From: a virus
Lineage: Duplodnaviria; Heunggongvirae; Uroviricota; Caudoviricetes
Length of the DNA: 46,617 nt
IMG/VR virus record: IMGVR_UViG_3300021600_000003
Coordinates: 83,249 to 129,865 of that record
Strand: one strand, 5' to 3'
Positions 35,572 to 44,885 of this stretch are shown here, one piece after another. A program made the position numbers and the translations under genes. Each line of letters starts with the position of its first letter. Position 1 is the first letter of the stretch. The notes under the pieces were generated by a model that saw only the letters and a program-made list of their open reading frames with translations, did no database searches and had not been told where the DNA came from.

Positions 35572-35606
35572 CAACACAAATTATTAACGATTATAATATA
35601 TTTTAA
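35568..35606 (+). CDS. 12-aa micro-ORF MTTQIINDYNIF (tag-only peptide)
   Basis: ATG overlaps the primase stop (ATGA); its TAA abuts the next ATG at 35607. Confidence 0.6.
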   Translation: MTTQIINDYNIF

Positions 35607-36122
35607 ATGAAAGAATTAAGAGTAACTCCTGAAGTAATTAATGATTTAGTCAAAAATCAAATATTTGTATTTGGCAGTAATGAATCTGGTATTCATGGTG
35701 CAGGTGCTGCAAGACTTGCAGTAGATAAATTTGGTGCTCAACCCGGTAAAGGTTGGGGATTGTCGGGCAATACATTTGCATTGCCAACAAAAGATTGGGA
35801 GATTAAGACTCTTCCAATTGAAGCAGTAAAAAACTACGTGGATAGGTTTATAGCCTTGACAAATGGACATTATCATAGCAAATGGAATTTTCTAGTAACT
35901 AAAATAGGATGTGGATTAGCTGGTTTTACTCCAGAGGAAATTGCTCCTTTATTTAAAGAATGTCGTAACCAAAGAAATATATGGTTACCACAGGATTTTC
36001 ATGATGTATTAGATGGTATATATGTACCATCAGCAGAAATTCCTCTTGATTTAATACCTTCTGTATCAGGAGGTCTTATTCTAACTGGTTTTAAACCACA
36101 AAAAGATATTCTTAACAATTAA
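35607..36122 (+). CDS. FVFGSN..G.HG.GAA family phage protein (macro-domain-like, A1S_2505 type)
   Basis: IFVFGSNESGIHGAGAA; TKIGCGLAG. Confidence 0.75.
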   Translation: MKELRVTPEVINDLVKNQIFVFGSNESGIHGAGAARLAVDKFGAQPGKGWGLSGNTFALPTKDWEIKTLPIEAVKNYVDRFIALTNGHYHSKWNFLVTKIGCGLAGFTPEEIAPLFKECRNQRNIWLPQDFHDVLDGIYVPSAEIPLDLIPSVSGGLILTGFKPQKDILNN

Positions 36123-36132
36123 ACTTAATATT

Positions 36133-36588
36133 ATGTGTTTACTAACAATTAAAAGAAGAACAACTAGAGAAGATATTCTAGCTTTAGAACCAGAAATAGC
36201 TAGTAAAGATATAAGTGTATGGAAAGTACTATTACTGGAGATAAAGCCTAATAGTAGGCTACGGAATAGATATATTAGTCCTTACTATGATTTTGAGTAT
36301 AAAAAAGGAGAACATTACTATCAAACAGAAGATTGGTGTAGTAAGTCAGCATCTTATCAAAATAACCAATATGGACTTGAAATTGAATCTGGTTTACATG
36401 CTTATATTAATAAAATATTTGCAGAAAATGATGAAGGTAAGGGCGGTTATGTCTGGAGGCTACATGCTAGCCAGTATTACAGGATCTACTATAATAAGAT
36501 TATAGTAAAAATGACTATACCTAAAGGAAGTAGATACTATTTAGGAATATGTGGTGATATTGTAACTGATAACTTAATTTGGAAATAA
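36133..36588 (+). CDS. Hypothetical phage protein (..GLHA..IPKGS.YY), paralog-like of 37349..37735
   Basis: Shared MC..A.KDI.V.K and IPKGS.Y motifs. Confidence 0.75.
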   Translation: MCLLTIKRRTTREDILALEPEIASKDISVWKVLLLEIKPNSRLRNRYISPYYDFEYKKGEHYYQTEDWCSKSASYQNNQYGLEIESGLHAYINKIFAENDEGKGGYVWRLHASQYYRIYYNKIIVKMTIPKGSRYYLGICGDIVTDNLIWK

Positions 36589-36589
36589 T

Positions 36590-37330
36590 ATGGAAAAATT
36601 AGATTATTTGACATTTAAAGACAAAATGGGAGATTGGGCACCAAAGTTCAAATCTTTCATTGAAGGTGCACAAATGTGGGATATCTATCAGAAACTAAAG
36701 AAAGACTCCATAGGAGATACAATCGTTCCTAAAAGCACGGATACATTTCGTGCTTTTAAGACGGTTAATCCTAAAGAATTGAAGGTAGTTTTTTATCTGA
36801 TGGATCCTTATCCTCGTAAGTACTCAAATGGAGTTTTTCAGGCTGACGGTATTGCAATGAGCTGTTCAAATAGCCCAGATAAGAAATTACAACCATCTTT
36901 AGTGAATTGGTATGATGCCATAAGCAAAAGTGAGGGCTACAGAGTAAATTATAGCCCTTCCTTGGACTATCTTCACGAACAAGGGATAATGCTCCTAAAT
37001 AGTGATTTGACCTGTAAATTGAATAAGACGCAGTCTCATGAGAGATTATGGGAACCTTTCCAGAAATACTTCTTAGAAGAGGTAGTAGGTAGTGATACAT
37101 CTATCATTTACGTATTATGTGGGAAAGCTTCCCTCAGGATGGAGCAATATATAAATCCATTCTGTAAAATCTTCAAGTTAGATCATCCTGCTGCTGCTGC
37201 TTATACTCATACAGATTGGGACGATGAAGGAACCTTTAAGGCTATTAATAAGATTATATGGGATAATAATCGTTATCATATCTTTTGGGATAAGGATAAG
37301 TGGGAGGATAGTAAGAATTTACCTTTTTAA
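36590..37330 (+). CDS. ung: Uracil-DNA glycosylase (family 1-like)
   Basis: LMDPYP (GQDPY equivalent), QPSL, LLN..LT, HPAA. Confidence 0.85.
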   Translation: MEKLDYLTFKDKMGDWAPKFKSFIEGAQMWDIYQKLKKDSIGDTIVPKSTDTFRAFKTVNPKELKVVFYLMDPYPRKYSNGVFQADGIAMSCSNSPDKKLQPSLVNWYDAISKSEGYRVNYSPSLDYLHEQGIMLLNSDLTCKLNKTQSHERLWEPFQKYFLEEVVGSDTSIIYVLCGKASLRMEQYINPFCKIFKLDHPAAAAYTHTDWDDEGTFKAINKIIWDNNRYHIFWDKDKWEDSKNLPF

Positions 37331-37348
37331 TAATTAAAATTTTAATTT

Positions 37349-37735
37349 ATGTGTTTTAAAATAATTACACCATGTCAAAAGGCAAGAAAAGACATATTGG
37401 TAAAAAAGCGTATTAATAAAAATGGTTTTGGATGGCTCTTTTCTTTAGAAATAAAAAATGAGAAAGGAAAATTTCAAATAGAACCTTGGACTAAAGGATA
37501 TCACTATAGTGAAGCTAATTTTCCTAAAAATAAGCATTATGGTGTTATTGGAGGTGATGCATTTCATTCATTTGAAATAAATACTACTAAAGGTCATTGG
37601 CTAGTCATAAGTGAAGGCTTTGATGGAGTAGATAAAACTATTATTGGTAGAATTCCTAAAGGTAGCTATTATTTTTATAATAAAATAGACAAAGAGTATT
37701 GTTCACAAGATTTTATATACGATAAAGATTTATAA
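37349..37735 (+). CDS. Hypothetical phage protein, paralog-like of 36133..36588
   Basis: See 36133..36588. Confidence 0.75.
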   Translation: MCFKIITPCQKARKDILVKKRINKNGFGWLFSLEIKNEKGKFQIEPWTKGYHYSEANFPKNKHYGVIGGDAFHSFEINTTKGHWLVISEGFDGVDKTIIGRIPKGSYYFYNKIDKEYCSQDFIYDKDL

Positions 37736-37736
37736 T

Positions 37737-37970
37737 ATGAATGCTACAACAATTGAAAATCTCGTCTATGATGCTTATCAGGAAGATGGCATAGCAGGTG
37801 CATGTAAGGAAGCAGACAAACATAAGATATGTCTATATGAATTTTGTGATAGTTGTGATTGTCAAGTTCCTACTATTAAAGGTGACCACGGTTGCCTAAT
37901 TTGTGGTCATGAGACTATAAAAGATCCTCACATAGAGGATATTCCTTGTGAGAACGATGAAAACAACTAA
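37737..37970 (+). CDS. Small zinc-ribbon protein
   Basis: CDSC...CLICGH. Confidence 0.7.
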   Translation: MNATTIENLVYDAYQEDGIAGACKEADKHKICLYEFCDSCDCQVPTIKGDHGCLICGHETIKDPHIEDIPCENDENN

Positions 37971-37975
37971 TTACG

Positions 37976-38188
37976 ATGAATATACATGAGGAACGTTTGA
38001 AATGTAAACTTGCCTTATGGGATACCCCCGGTTTCTTCCAATTTATAAAAGAATTGGATGAAGCTGTTGGGGATCTTGTAAGCATTACTGAGCAAGTAGA
38101 GATACAACGTAAATTGTATCAAAAACAATTGGATGAAATAGAAATCCAACCTAAACCTAAATTTAAACAATCAAAATTACCGTTATGA
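37976..38188 (+). CDS. Small hypothetical protein ending QSKLPL
   Basis: ORF track. Confidence 0.7.
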   Translation: MNIHEERLKCKLALWDTPGFFQFIKELDEAVGDLVSITEQVEIQRKLYQKQLDEIEIQPKPKFKQSKLPL

Positions 38189-38526
38189 CAGCAACAGTAA
38201 AAGTAATACCAACATATCAGTTTGCAAGAAATCTTCAAGCAGGTGATTTAATCATAGTACCCTATACTAATAGGTTATATCCAGCTATATTTACTGGATA
38301 TGGAAAGGCTGGAAATGTACGTTTTTATACTTTACATGTAGGTCAACCTTATCGAAATAATATTATTGAGAGAATTACTGTAAAACATAAAAAACCCTAT
38401 GTTAGTTTTATAAATAGAACAGGTCAAAATATTATAGCAAAATTAGATCCTGATGAGTTAGAGTCTAGTTATAGACAATGGTATGAAGAATTTAAAGGTT
38501 TACTACTTAAACATAATATGATATGA
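38185..38526 (+). CDS. Hypothetical protein
   Basis: ATGA-coupled on both sides. Confidence 0.75.
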   Translation: MTATVKVIPTYQFARNLQAGDLIIVPYTNRLYPAIFTGYGKAGNVRFYTLHVGQPYRNNIIERITVKHKKPYVSFINRTGQNIIAKLDPDELESSYRQWYEEFKGLLLKHNMI

Positions 38527-40799
38527 TAATAGCAGAAGAAGTAAAAGACGTCGAGATACTTGGTGAAGATACTAGTAAAAAGGCTAAGATATCTCAAGAT
38601 AAATTAGCTAAATTACAGTATCTACTTACTAAGGGTCTCTATAAAGATCCAATTACAGCAGTAATCGCTGAATGGACTAATAATGGTATAGATAGTGTTG
38701 TTCAAGCTGGAAAATCTCCTATTGATAATCCTGTTATAGTCTCTATCTATAAGAATGAGAAGGAACAGATTATCTTTAGAGTAGAAGATAGGGGTATTGG
38801 ATTAGATGATAAGGACTTTGAGGATATTTGTATGAATTACTTAGAGTCTACAAAAGAGGAAGATAATAATACTATAGGACATTTCGGTATAGGTATGAAG
38901 TCATTTCTTTCTCTCGAGAGATCAGCTACTTTTACATGTCGTAGAGATGGTCTAGAAAGAAAGTATCTTGTTTATGAGGGAGCAGAGTTTGTTAACTTTA
39001 CTCTTGTTCATGAGAAGAAAACAAAAGAAGAAAATGGAGTAATATCTGAGTTAGTTATTAATGGATGGTCAGAGAAATCTCAATTTGTAGATAAAGCTAA
39101 AACTAAATTAGCTTATTATGATACTGCTGTATTAGTTATTGATGGAGTACCAGTTATAAATGATATCTATAGAAATGATTTATTTCAATGGTCTACCCTA
39201 AACAAGAATCCAAATATACACATCTCTCTAAAGGATGTATACTATTCTATTGATTATGAAGCACTTGGAATTAAACCTATACCTATTAACATAGCTATTA
39301 GACTAAACTTAGGAGATGGTTTAACACCGACTCCATCAAGAGAAAGTTATATTACTAATGATAAGGTAAAAGCTCTTCTAATTAATAAGATAGATAGTAT
39401 TGCAGATTGGTTTGTAGACAAGTACAATGATACAGTTGGTAATTTTCCTGATTTTCTTAGTGCTTATAACTTTATAGGAAATACTACCTATATTGTAAAT
39501 TTAGGAAATAATAGTTTTCAGATAAATCCAATTCTTAAGTATTCTACAAAGACTTGTCAATCACCAAAGATAAAAGGTATATCAATGAAAGATCCGTTAT
39601 TTTATACAAGACGTAAGGAATCTTTAATTAGAGAGTTTACTTTTGCTGGCTATATGGATAGCAATAAAAAGATTAGAACAAAGCAAACTCATATTGATTT
39701 AAGTTATCAGTTGTTTTCTGGTAAGAAAGATATGATTTTGGTATCTCAATCATTTGTTGGAAATGTTAGAGAATTTCTTAAATCTAAATACAAAGGAGAT
39801 ACTATCTTTATAAAACGTAATAATTTTAAGAGAGAGTTAGGTGGTGAAATGGATAATAAGAGAAACGTAGGAATAAGTACACCAGATAGTTATTATAATT
39901 TGTTAGAGTTACGTCGTTTTCCAAAAAAAGACTGGAGAAGTCACATTAAAGAATGGGATTTTGTTGTATCAACAATAGTTAGTACCTTTATAGATGAGAC
40001 TAATGTTGAGTCTAGTAAAGCATTTACTGATTGGGTACAGAAAAAATATGATGAGCAGAAAATTAAAAGAGCTGCTAATCAAATATCTGGTAGTTATAAT
40101 GGACTCAATAAACAACAAGGAGATGTAACTATTGCTTATTCTTATGAAAGATATGGAAAAGTTCATTTTAAGAAAGCACCCTTTCCTATTGCCAAATTGA
40201 CAGAAAATAAATTTGCAACTGTCATAGTAGCAGAGGAAGATGAAGATAAAGCAAAATCCATTATTAAACTTAATAAGTGCAACAATATTAAGTTTGCAAT
40301 GATTGGAAAACTAGAGATGAAGAAACTTCCAAAAAGTCATCAATTTATTACATTTAATCAATATTTAAGTATGGAAAGTAAACCATTTATGAGATTAGCA
40401 TCTGCTATCTTATATAAGAGAGCAACAAAAGAGTTTGATAGTCTTACAAATCATAAGAACGGAATCTATAAATTATGTATAGAACATTTACTTGTAGATG
40501 TAGAGACTCTAGAGGACTATATCGATAGGAATTTGGTATATACGGGAGATAGTGCTGTAGAAACTATAATTTTAGAGACTGCAGAAGAAAATAAACTATT
40601 TGATTTAAAGAATCATGATATCTATAATAGAGTAAGAGAAGGGATAAAGAAATATGATTTTGTTTCTTTATTGAAAGAGCCAAGTTATTATGATACAGAA
40701 CATCAGAAAAGGTATAATAGTCTTATTAATCAAATTCTATTATTTCGTAAGAAGTACTATAATGATTTAGAAGGTGCAGAAATCGTATTTAAAAAATAA
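38523..40799 (+). CDS. rIIA: rIIA-like protein with N-terminal GHKL (Hsp90-like) ATPase
   Basis: EWTNNGIDS, EDRGIGL, STK, GHFGIGMKS; paired with an rIIB-like gene. Confidence 0.85.
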   Translation: MIIAEEVKDVEILGEDTSKKAKISQDKLAKLQYLLTKGLYKDPITAVIAEWTNNGIDSVVQAGKSPIDNPVIVSIYKNEKEQIIFRVEDRGIGLDDKDFEDICMNYLESTKEEDNNTIGHFGIGMKSFLSLERSATFTCRRDGLERKYLVYEGAEFVNFTLVHEKKTKEENGVISELVINGWSEKSQFVDKAKTKLAYYDTAVLVIDGVPVINDIYRNDLFQWSTLNKNPNIHISLKDVYYSIDYEALGIKPIPINIAIRLNLGDGLTPTPSRESYITNDKVKALLINKIDSIADWFVDKYNDTVGNFPDFLSAYNFIGNTTYIVNLGNNSFQINPILKYSTKTCQSPKIKGISMKDPLFYTRRKESLIREFTFAGYMDSNKKIRTKQTHIDLSYQLFSGKKDMILVSQSFVGNVREFLKSKYKGDTIFIKRNNFKRELGGEMDNKRNVGISTPDSYYNLLELRRFPKKDWRSHIKEWDFVVSTIVSTFIDETNVESSKAFTDWVQKKYDEQKIKRAANQISGSYNGLNKQQGDVTIAYSYERYGKVHFKKAPFPIAKLTENKFATVIVAEEDEDKAKSIIKLNKCNNIKFAMIGKLEMKKLPKSHQFITFNQYLSMESKPFMRLASAILYKRATKEFDSLTNHKNGIYKLCIEHLLVDVETLEDYIDRNLVYTGDSAVETIILETAEENKLFDLKNHDIYNRVREGIKKYDFVSLLKEPSYYDTEHQKRYNSLINQILLFRKKYYNDLEGAEIVFKK

Positions 40800-40812
40800 A
40801 AAACAATAAAGT

Positions 40813-42183
40813 ATGGAATGGTTTAAAATGGCATGGCTAGACTCCAGTGAGAGAAAAGCCTTGAAACAAGCAAGCAAAATTATGGGTGATTTATCACAAG
40901 CAGACGCTTTACTTGAGGGAAATATTCCTAGTAAAGCAGTTGAATTACCTGTAGTAAGACCTTACAAAAACATTATCTATTCATGTGGTAATCTTACTGT
41001 TATATTTGATGACGGTACAGTATTAGATAAAATGAATGTAGATAAAGATTTTCTTTCAGATATACGAGCATGTAAATCTCAGAAGGAAATTGAGAATTTA
41101 ATGGTAGATAGAACACAATCTACTTCTCAAAAATCTTCTCATGTTATTGAGACAGAAGATGAAAGACAAAAAGTTTATTGTAATCTAGAAGTATTACATA
41201 AACATAAAGATTTTGTAGTATCAGGTAATACGGTTATTCTAAAAGGAGTAAATTTACCTATCCCAACTATTATCTTAACATCATTTATTGAGATATTAGA
41301 GAAATTAGAGGAATCTAGAAAAGCTGGTAAATTGTTTGGATTAAGTTCACATGATTACTTTGATCAATATCAAGCATTAAAAATGTTCTGGTTAAAGTTA
41401 GCTTTAAATCCTCTTCCTCAAAGTAGAGAAGATTTATTAGCATTCTGTAGGATAAATGATGTACGTATTACTAATAATGGTAATCTTATCTTATATCGTA
41501 GAGTTGTTAGTAATATAACTGCTGATAAAGGATATGTAACTTTTATCAGTCAAAGCTATTATTCTATAAAGAGTAAGAACCAAGATTGTAAGAATTATGC
41601 TGTAGGTAAGAAATCAGGATATTTTTATACTACTGATTTAAGGAAAGATGATTTTGTAGCTTCAGAGTTAATTGGCAACTTACAGCATTTATATTTAGAG
41701 TTACCAGAGTATGAGAATAATACATTTACAGCTGCTCATGATCATACTGTAAAAATTAAGATTGGTGGTATCTATAAGATAGATGATAAGAAGATCAATC
41801 TGGATAATGGTTTATGTGCTGCAGGTGGTTTACATGCTGCTGCTGTAGATTATAACTATTCTGGCTTTGGTGATACTCCTGTAGTTGTATTGGTTAATCC
41901 AAGTAAAGCTATAACTGTACCTACCAATGAGACAGGAAAGTTACGTACTACAGAAATGTTTGTAGCATGTATTAATGATAAAGATCAAGGTTATCACTTT
42001 GATGAGTCAGCTTTGACTTCCTTTGATGAGGAATATCATGATTTTAGCTTATATGAATTAGAACAAGCAGCTTCTAGTAAGAGCTTTTCTACTTTAAGTG
42101 TTAAAGATAATGTACCTGCTATAAGTTTAGTAGATTTGGATTTAATTAAGTTTATGCTTAAGAATAGAATTAAAGATTTTTAA
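40813..42183 (+). CDS. rIIB: rIIB-like protein
   Basis: ITNNGNLILYR, CAAGGLHA, VLVNP...VP..E.GKLR; follows rIIA. Confidence 0.8.
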   Translation: MEWFKMAWLDSSERKALKQASKIMGDLSQADALLEGNIPSKAVELPVVRPYKNIIYSCGNLTVIFDDGTVLDKMNVDKDFLSDIRACKSQKEIENLMVDRTQSTSQKSSHVIETEDERQKVYCNLEVLHKHKDFVVSGNTVILKGVNLPIPTIILTSFIEILEKLEESRKAGKLFGLSSHDYFDQYQALKMFWLKLALNPLPQSREDLLAFCRINDVRITNNGNLILYRRVVSNITADKGYVTFISQSYYSIKSKNQDCKNYAVGKKSGYFYTTDLRKDDFVASELIGNLQHLYLELPEYENNTFTAAHDHTVKIKIGGIYKIDDKKINLDNGLCAAGGLHAAAVDYNYSGFGDTPVVVLVNPSKAITVPTNETGKLRTTEMFVACINDKDQGYHFDESALTSFDEEYHDFSLYELEQAASSKSFSTLSVKDNVPAISLVDLDLIKFMLKNRIKDF

Positions 42184-42223
42184 CTAATAAATGCCTCGAA
42201 AGAGGCTTCGTAAATAAATAAAT

Positions 42224-43309
42224 ATGAATAAATTACCAATACTGTATAAGTATACACAGAAAGGTCAAATCCAACAATGGCAAATCTCTACAGAGAAAGA
42301 CAGATTTTGGACAGAAGAAGGTATACAAGGTGGAACTATAACTACCTCTAAACCAACAGTTTGCAAAGCAAAGAATGTTGGTAGAAGTAATGAGACTACT
42401 CCTAGTCAACAAACTGTTGCAGAAGCACAAGCTAAATGGCAGAAGAAAGTTGATGCTGGATATAATGAAATTTTAACAGATGAAAAGAAATTCTTTGAAC
42501 CTATGCTGGCTCACGAGATTAGTAAGTATGAGAAGTTACTCTTTACTGTATCAACTTTCATACAACCTAAGCTTGATGGATTACGAGCCATTAATGCTAT
42601 TAACACTGTTATGAGTAGAAATGGTAAACCATATTTAGCTTGTCCTCATCTTTATCAAAATGAAGTTACTCTAGATGGCGAGTTGTATAATCATACATAT
42701 CATGATGATTTTAATAAGATTGTTAGTTTGTGTAAGAAGCAATCACCTACTCTAGCGGAATTACAAGAGAGTGAGAAAATGGTACAAATGTGGGTTTATG
42801 ATTTTCCAGATCATAAAGGTAAGTTTTCTGATAGAATACAAGCCTTAAAGAAATGGATTGCTAAAACAGCTAATAAATCTTTTGTATTAGTACCAACCTA
42901 TCAGGTTAAGAATCAGAAAGATATAGATATGTATCATGAAAAGTTCTTAGAGATGGGATTTGAGGGTTCTATTATTCGTCTTGACTTGGGTGAGTATGAA
43001 AACAAACGCTCTAAACAATTACTTAAAAAGAAAGATTTCGTAGATGAAGAATTTAAGATTCTAGAGGCAGTAGAAGGTGAAGGTGGACGTGCAGGAACTA
43101 TTGGATTTTTTGTTATGGAGTTAGAGGAAGGTAATGAACGTACTTTTAAGAGTAATGTTAAGGGAGATTTTGATTTTCTTAAAGATATTTGGAAGAATAG
43201 AAAACACTATATAGGAACTAAAGCAACAGTTAAATACTTTGCTAGAACTCCTGATAACATTCCTCGTTTTCCATATATTATCAAATTAAACAGAGAAGAA
43301 TATGAGTAA
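42224..43309 (+). CDS. lig: ATP-dependent DNA ligase with N-terminal WGR-like domain
   Basis: QPKLDGLR (adenylated Lys), LDGELY, FEGSIIR, LLKKK, PRFP. Confidence 0.92.
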   Translation: MNKLPILYKYTQKGQIQQWQISTEKDRFWTEEGIQGGTITTSKPTVCKAKNVGRSNETTPSQQTVAEAQAKWQKKVDAGYNEILTDEKKFFEPMLAHEISKYEKLLFTVSTFIQPKLDGLRAINAINTVMSRNGKPYLACPHLYQNEVTLDGELYNHTYHDDFNKIVSLCKKQSPTLAELQESEKMVQMWVYDFPDHKGKFSDRIQALKKWIAKTANKSFVLVPTYQVKNQKDIDMYHEKFLEMGFEGSIIRLDLGEYENKRSKQLLKKKDFVDEEFKILEAVEGEGGRAGTIGFFVMELEEGNERTFKSNVKGDFDFLKDIWKNRKHYIGTKATVKYFARTPDNIPRFPYIIKLNREEYE

Positions 43310-43463
43310 GACATTTTTATTTGCAGCAAAAAACAGCAGTATTTGTGTAACTATCTCAGCAGACAATGAGGACGATGCTCTGGCTGAAATTGGTGAATAC
43401 TTTGATAACCATGGTACTAGTGACCTAAGACTTGAGTCGGAGGAGGACGAAGATGATGAGTAG
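43302..43463 (+). CDS. Small acidic protein (53 aa, MSKTFLFAAK...EEDEDDE)
   Basis: Manual translation; overlaps the ligase stop and the next start. Confidence 0.6.
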   Translation: MSKTFLFAAKNSSICVTISADNEDDALAEIGEYFDNHGTSDLRLESEEDEDDE

Positions 43464-43698
43464 AAAACTAACAGAAGAACAAGTTAAAGAAAGAACAAGG
43501 AAAAGAACAAGCTATGTCAGTAACCTTAATCAGGCTAAATCACTAAGAGGATATAGTGTTCCTGACATAGCTATCTATCCTATTCTTATGAAACTTCATT
43601 ACTTAAAAAGATACAAATATGGAAGAAATGTCATATTTGCTGAAGGAAGTATTAAACTTTTAGCAGAAGATATTGAAAATAAAATCGTTAAATTATGA
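43453..43698 (+). CDS. Small basic hypothetical protein
   Basis: ATG at 43453 within ORF 43432..43698. Confidence 0.6.
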   Translation: MMSRKLTEEQVKERTRKRTSYVSNLNQAKSLRGYSVPDIAIYPILMKLHYLKRYKYGRNVIFAEGSIKLLAEDIENKIVKL

Positions 43699-44885
43699 GT
43701 AACGAAAGATATGCAAAATTGATAATGGTAACCACAGCCAATAACAATAAGTATTATGAAATGACGTGGGCTGGTGGTTCAAACTTTACTGTTAAATATG
43801 GTAGAGTAGAAAGTACAGCAACTGTACTCACTTATCCTTATAGTATGTGGAATAGTAAATATAATGAAAAGATTGGTAAAGGTTATAAGGATGTTACAGA
43901 TTTGGTAACAGTTCAAGTAGTTAAAGATAAAGTTAAACAAGATACTTTAGTAGATATAAAAGAAAAGAAGGTTAATGATTTTCTTACTTTAATGAAGAAT
44001 TATACTGATAAGTTGGTTTCAACCACATATTCAGTTAAGGCTGATGCAGTTAGTCAGAAACAGATTGATGAAGCTCAAAAGCTCATTGATCAGTTAAATA
44101 AGCTAGATGCTAAAAAGACTCAGGATGTGAATAATAAGTTAGTTGAGTTGTATACTATTATTCCTAGACGTATGAGTCATGTGTCTTATTATATCTTACC
44201 CAATATTAAATTGGATAGGACACTACAAAGTGAACAAGACAACTTAGATGCTATGGCAGCTCAGGTATCACTGATTAAGCCTGTAACATCTAAGAAAGCT
44301 AAAGAAGATGCTAAGAAAAGTCAGACCCTACTGGACAAACTTGGCATTACTATGGCAGAAGCAAAAGTTTATAAAGAGATTGACTATCTCTTAAAGCAAC
44401 AGCATGGTAGAAAGGTTAATGCTATCTTTGAGGTAAATAAAACTGAAGAAGATAAAGTATTTAATAGCTGGCTATCTAAGCAGAAAAATAAGTCAACAAG
44501 GGTTCTTATCCACGGAACACGCTGTACTTCAGTAATCCCAATACTGGAGATAGGATTGAAGATTCGTCCCTCTGGAGGAAACTTCCAATTCTCAGGCAAA
44601 GCATATGGAGATGGTAATTACTTCTCTGAACATATGCAGAAATCTCTTGGTTATACTGGTAGTGATAGTGACAAAGTCATTCTAGTATATGAGGTTCATA
44701 CTGGTAATCCATTTGTTTATAATGGATGGTTTAATGGTAACTCTTTTCCCTTAACCTATAAAGAATTACAGAAAAGAGATTATGATTCTACATTTGTTAA
44801 GGCAGGTAATGGACTATTAAATAGTGAAATTATTGCATATAATGAACAACAGAATCGAATAAAATATATTATATGGTTAAAGTAG
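43695..44885 (+). CDS. PARP-like ADP-ribosyltransferase with WGR and helical regulatory domains
   Basis: YYEMTW..YGRV (WGR); YTIIPR (regulatory); H-Y-E triad LIHGT, GKAYGDGNYFS, NSEIIAY. Confidence 0.85.
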   Translation: MSNERYAKLIMVTTANNNKYYEMTWAGGSNFTVKYGRVESTATVLTYPYSMWNSKYNEKIGKGYKDVTDLVTVQVVKDKVKQDTLVDIKEKKVNDFLTLMKNYTDKLVSTTYSVKADAVSQKQIDEAQKLIDQLNKLDAKKTQDVNNKLVELYTIIPRRMSHVSYYILPNIKLDRTLQSEQDNLDAMAAQVSLIKPVTSKKAKEDAKKSQTLLDKLGITMAEAKVYKEIDYLLKQQHGRKVNAIFEVNKTEEDKVFNSWLSKQKNKSTRVLIHGTRCTSVIPILEIGLKIRPSGGNFQFSGKAYGDGNYFSEHMQKSLGYTGSDSDKVILVYEVHTGNPFVYNGWFNGNSFPLTYKELQKRDYDSTFVKAGNGLLNSEIIAYNEQQNRIKYIIWLK

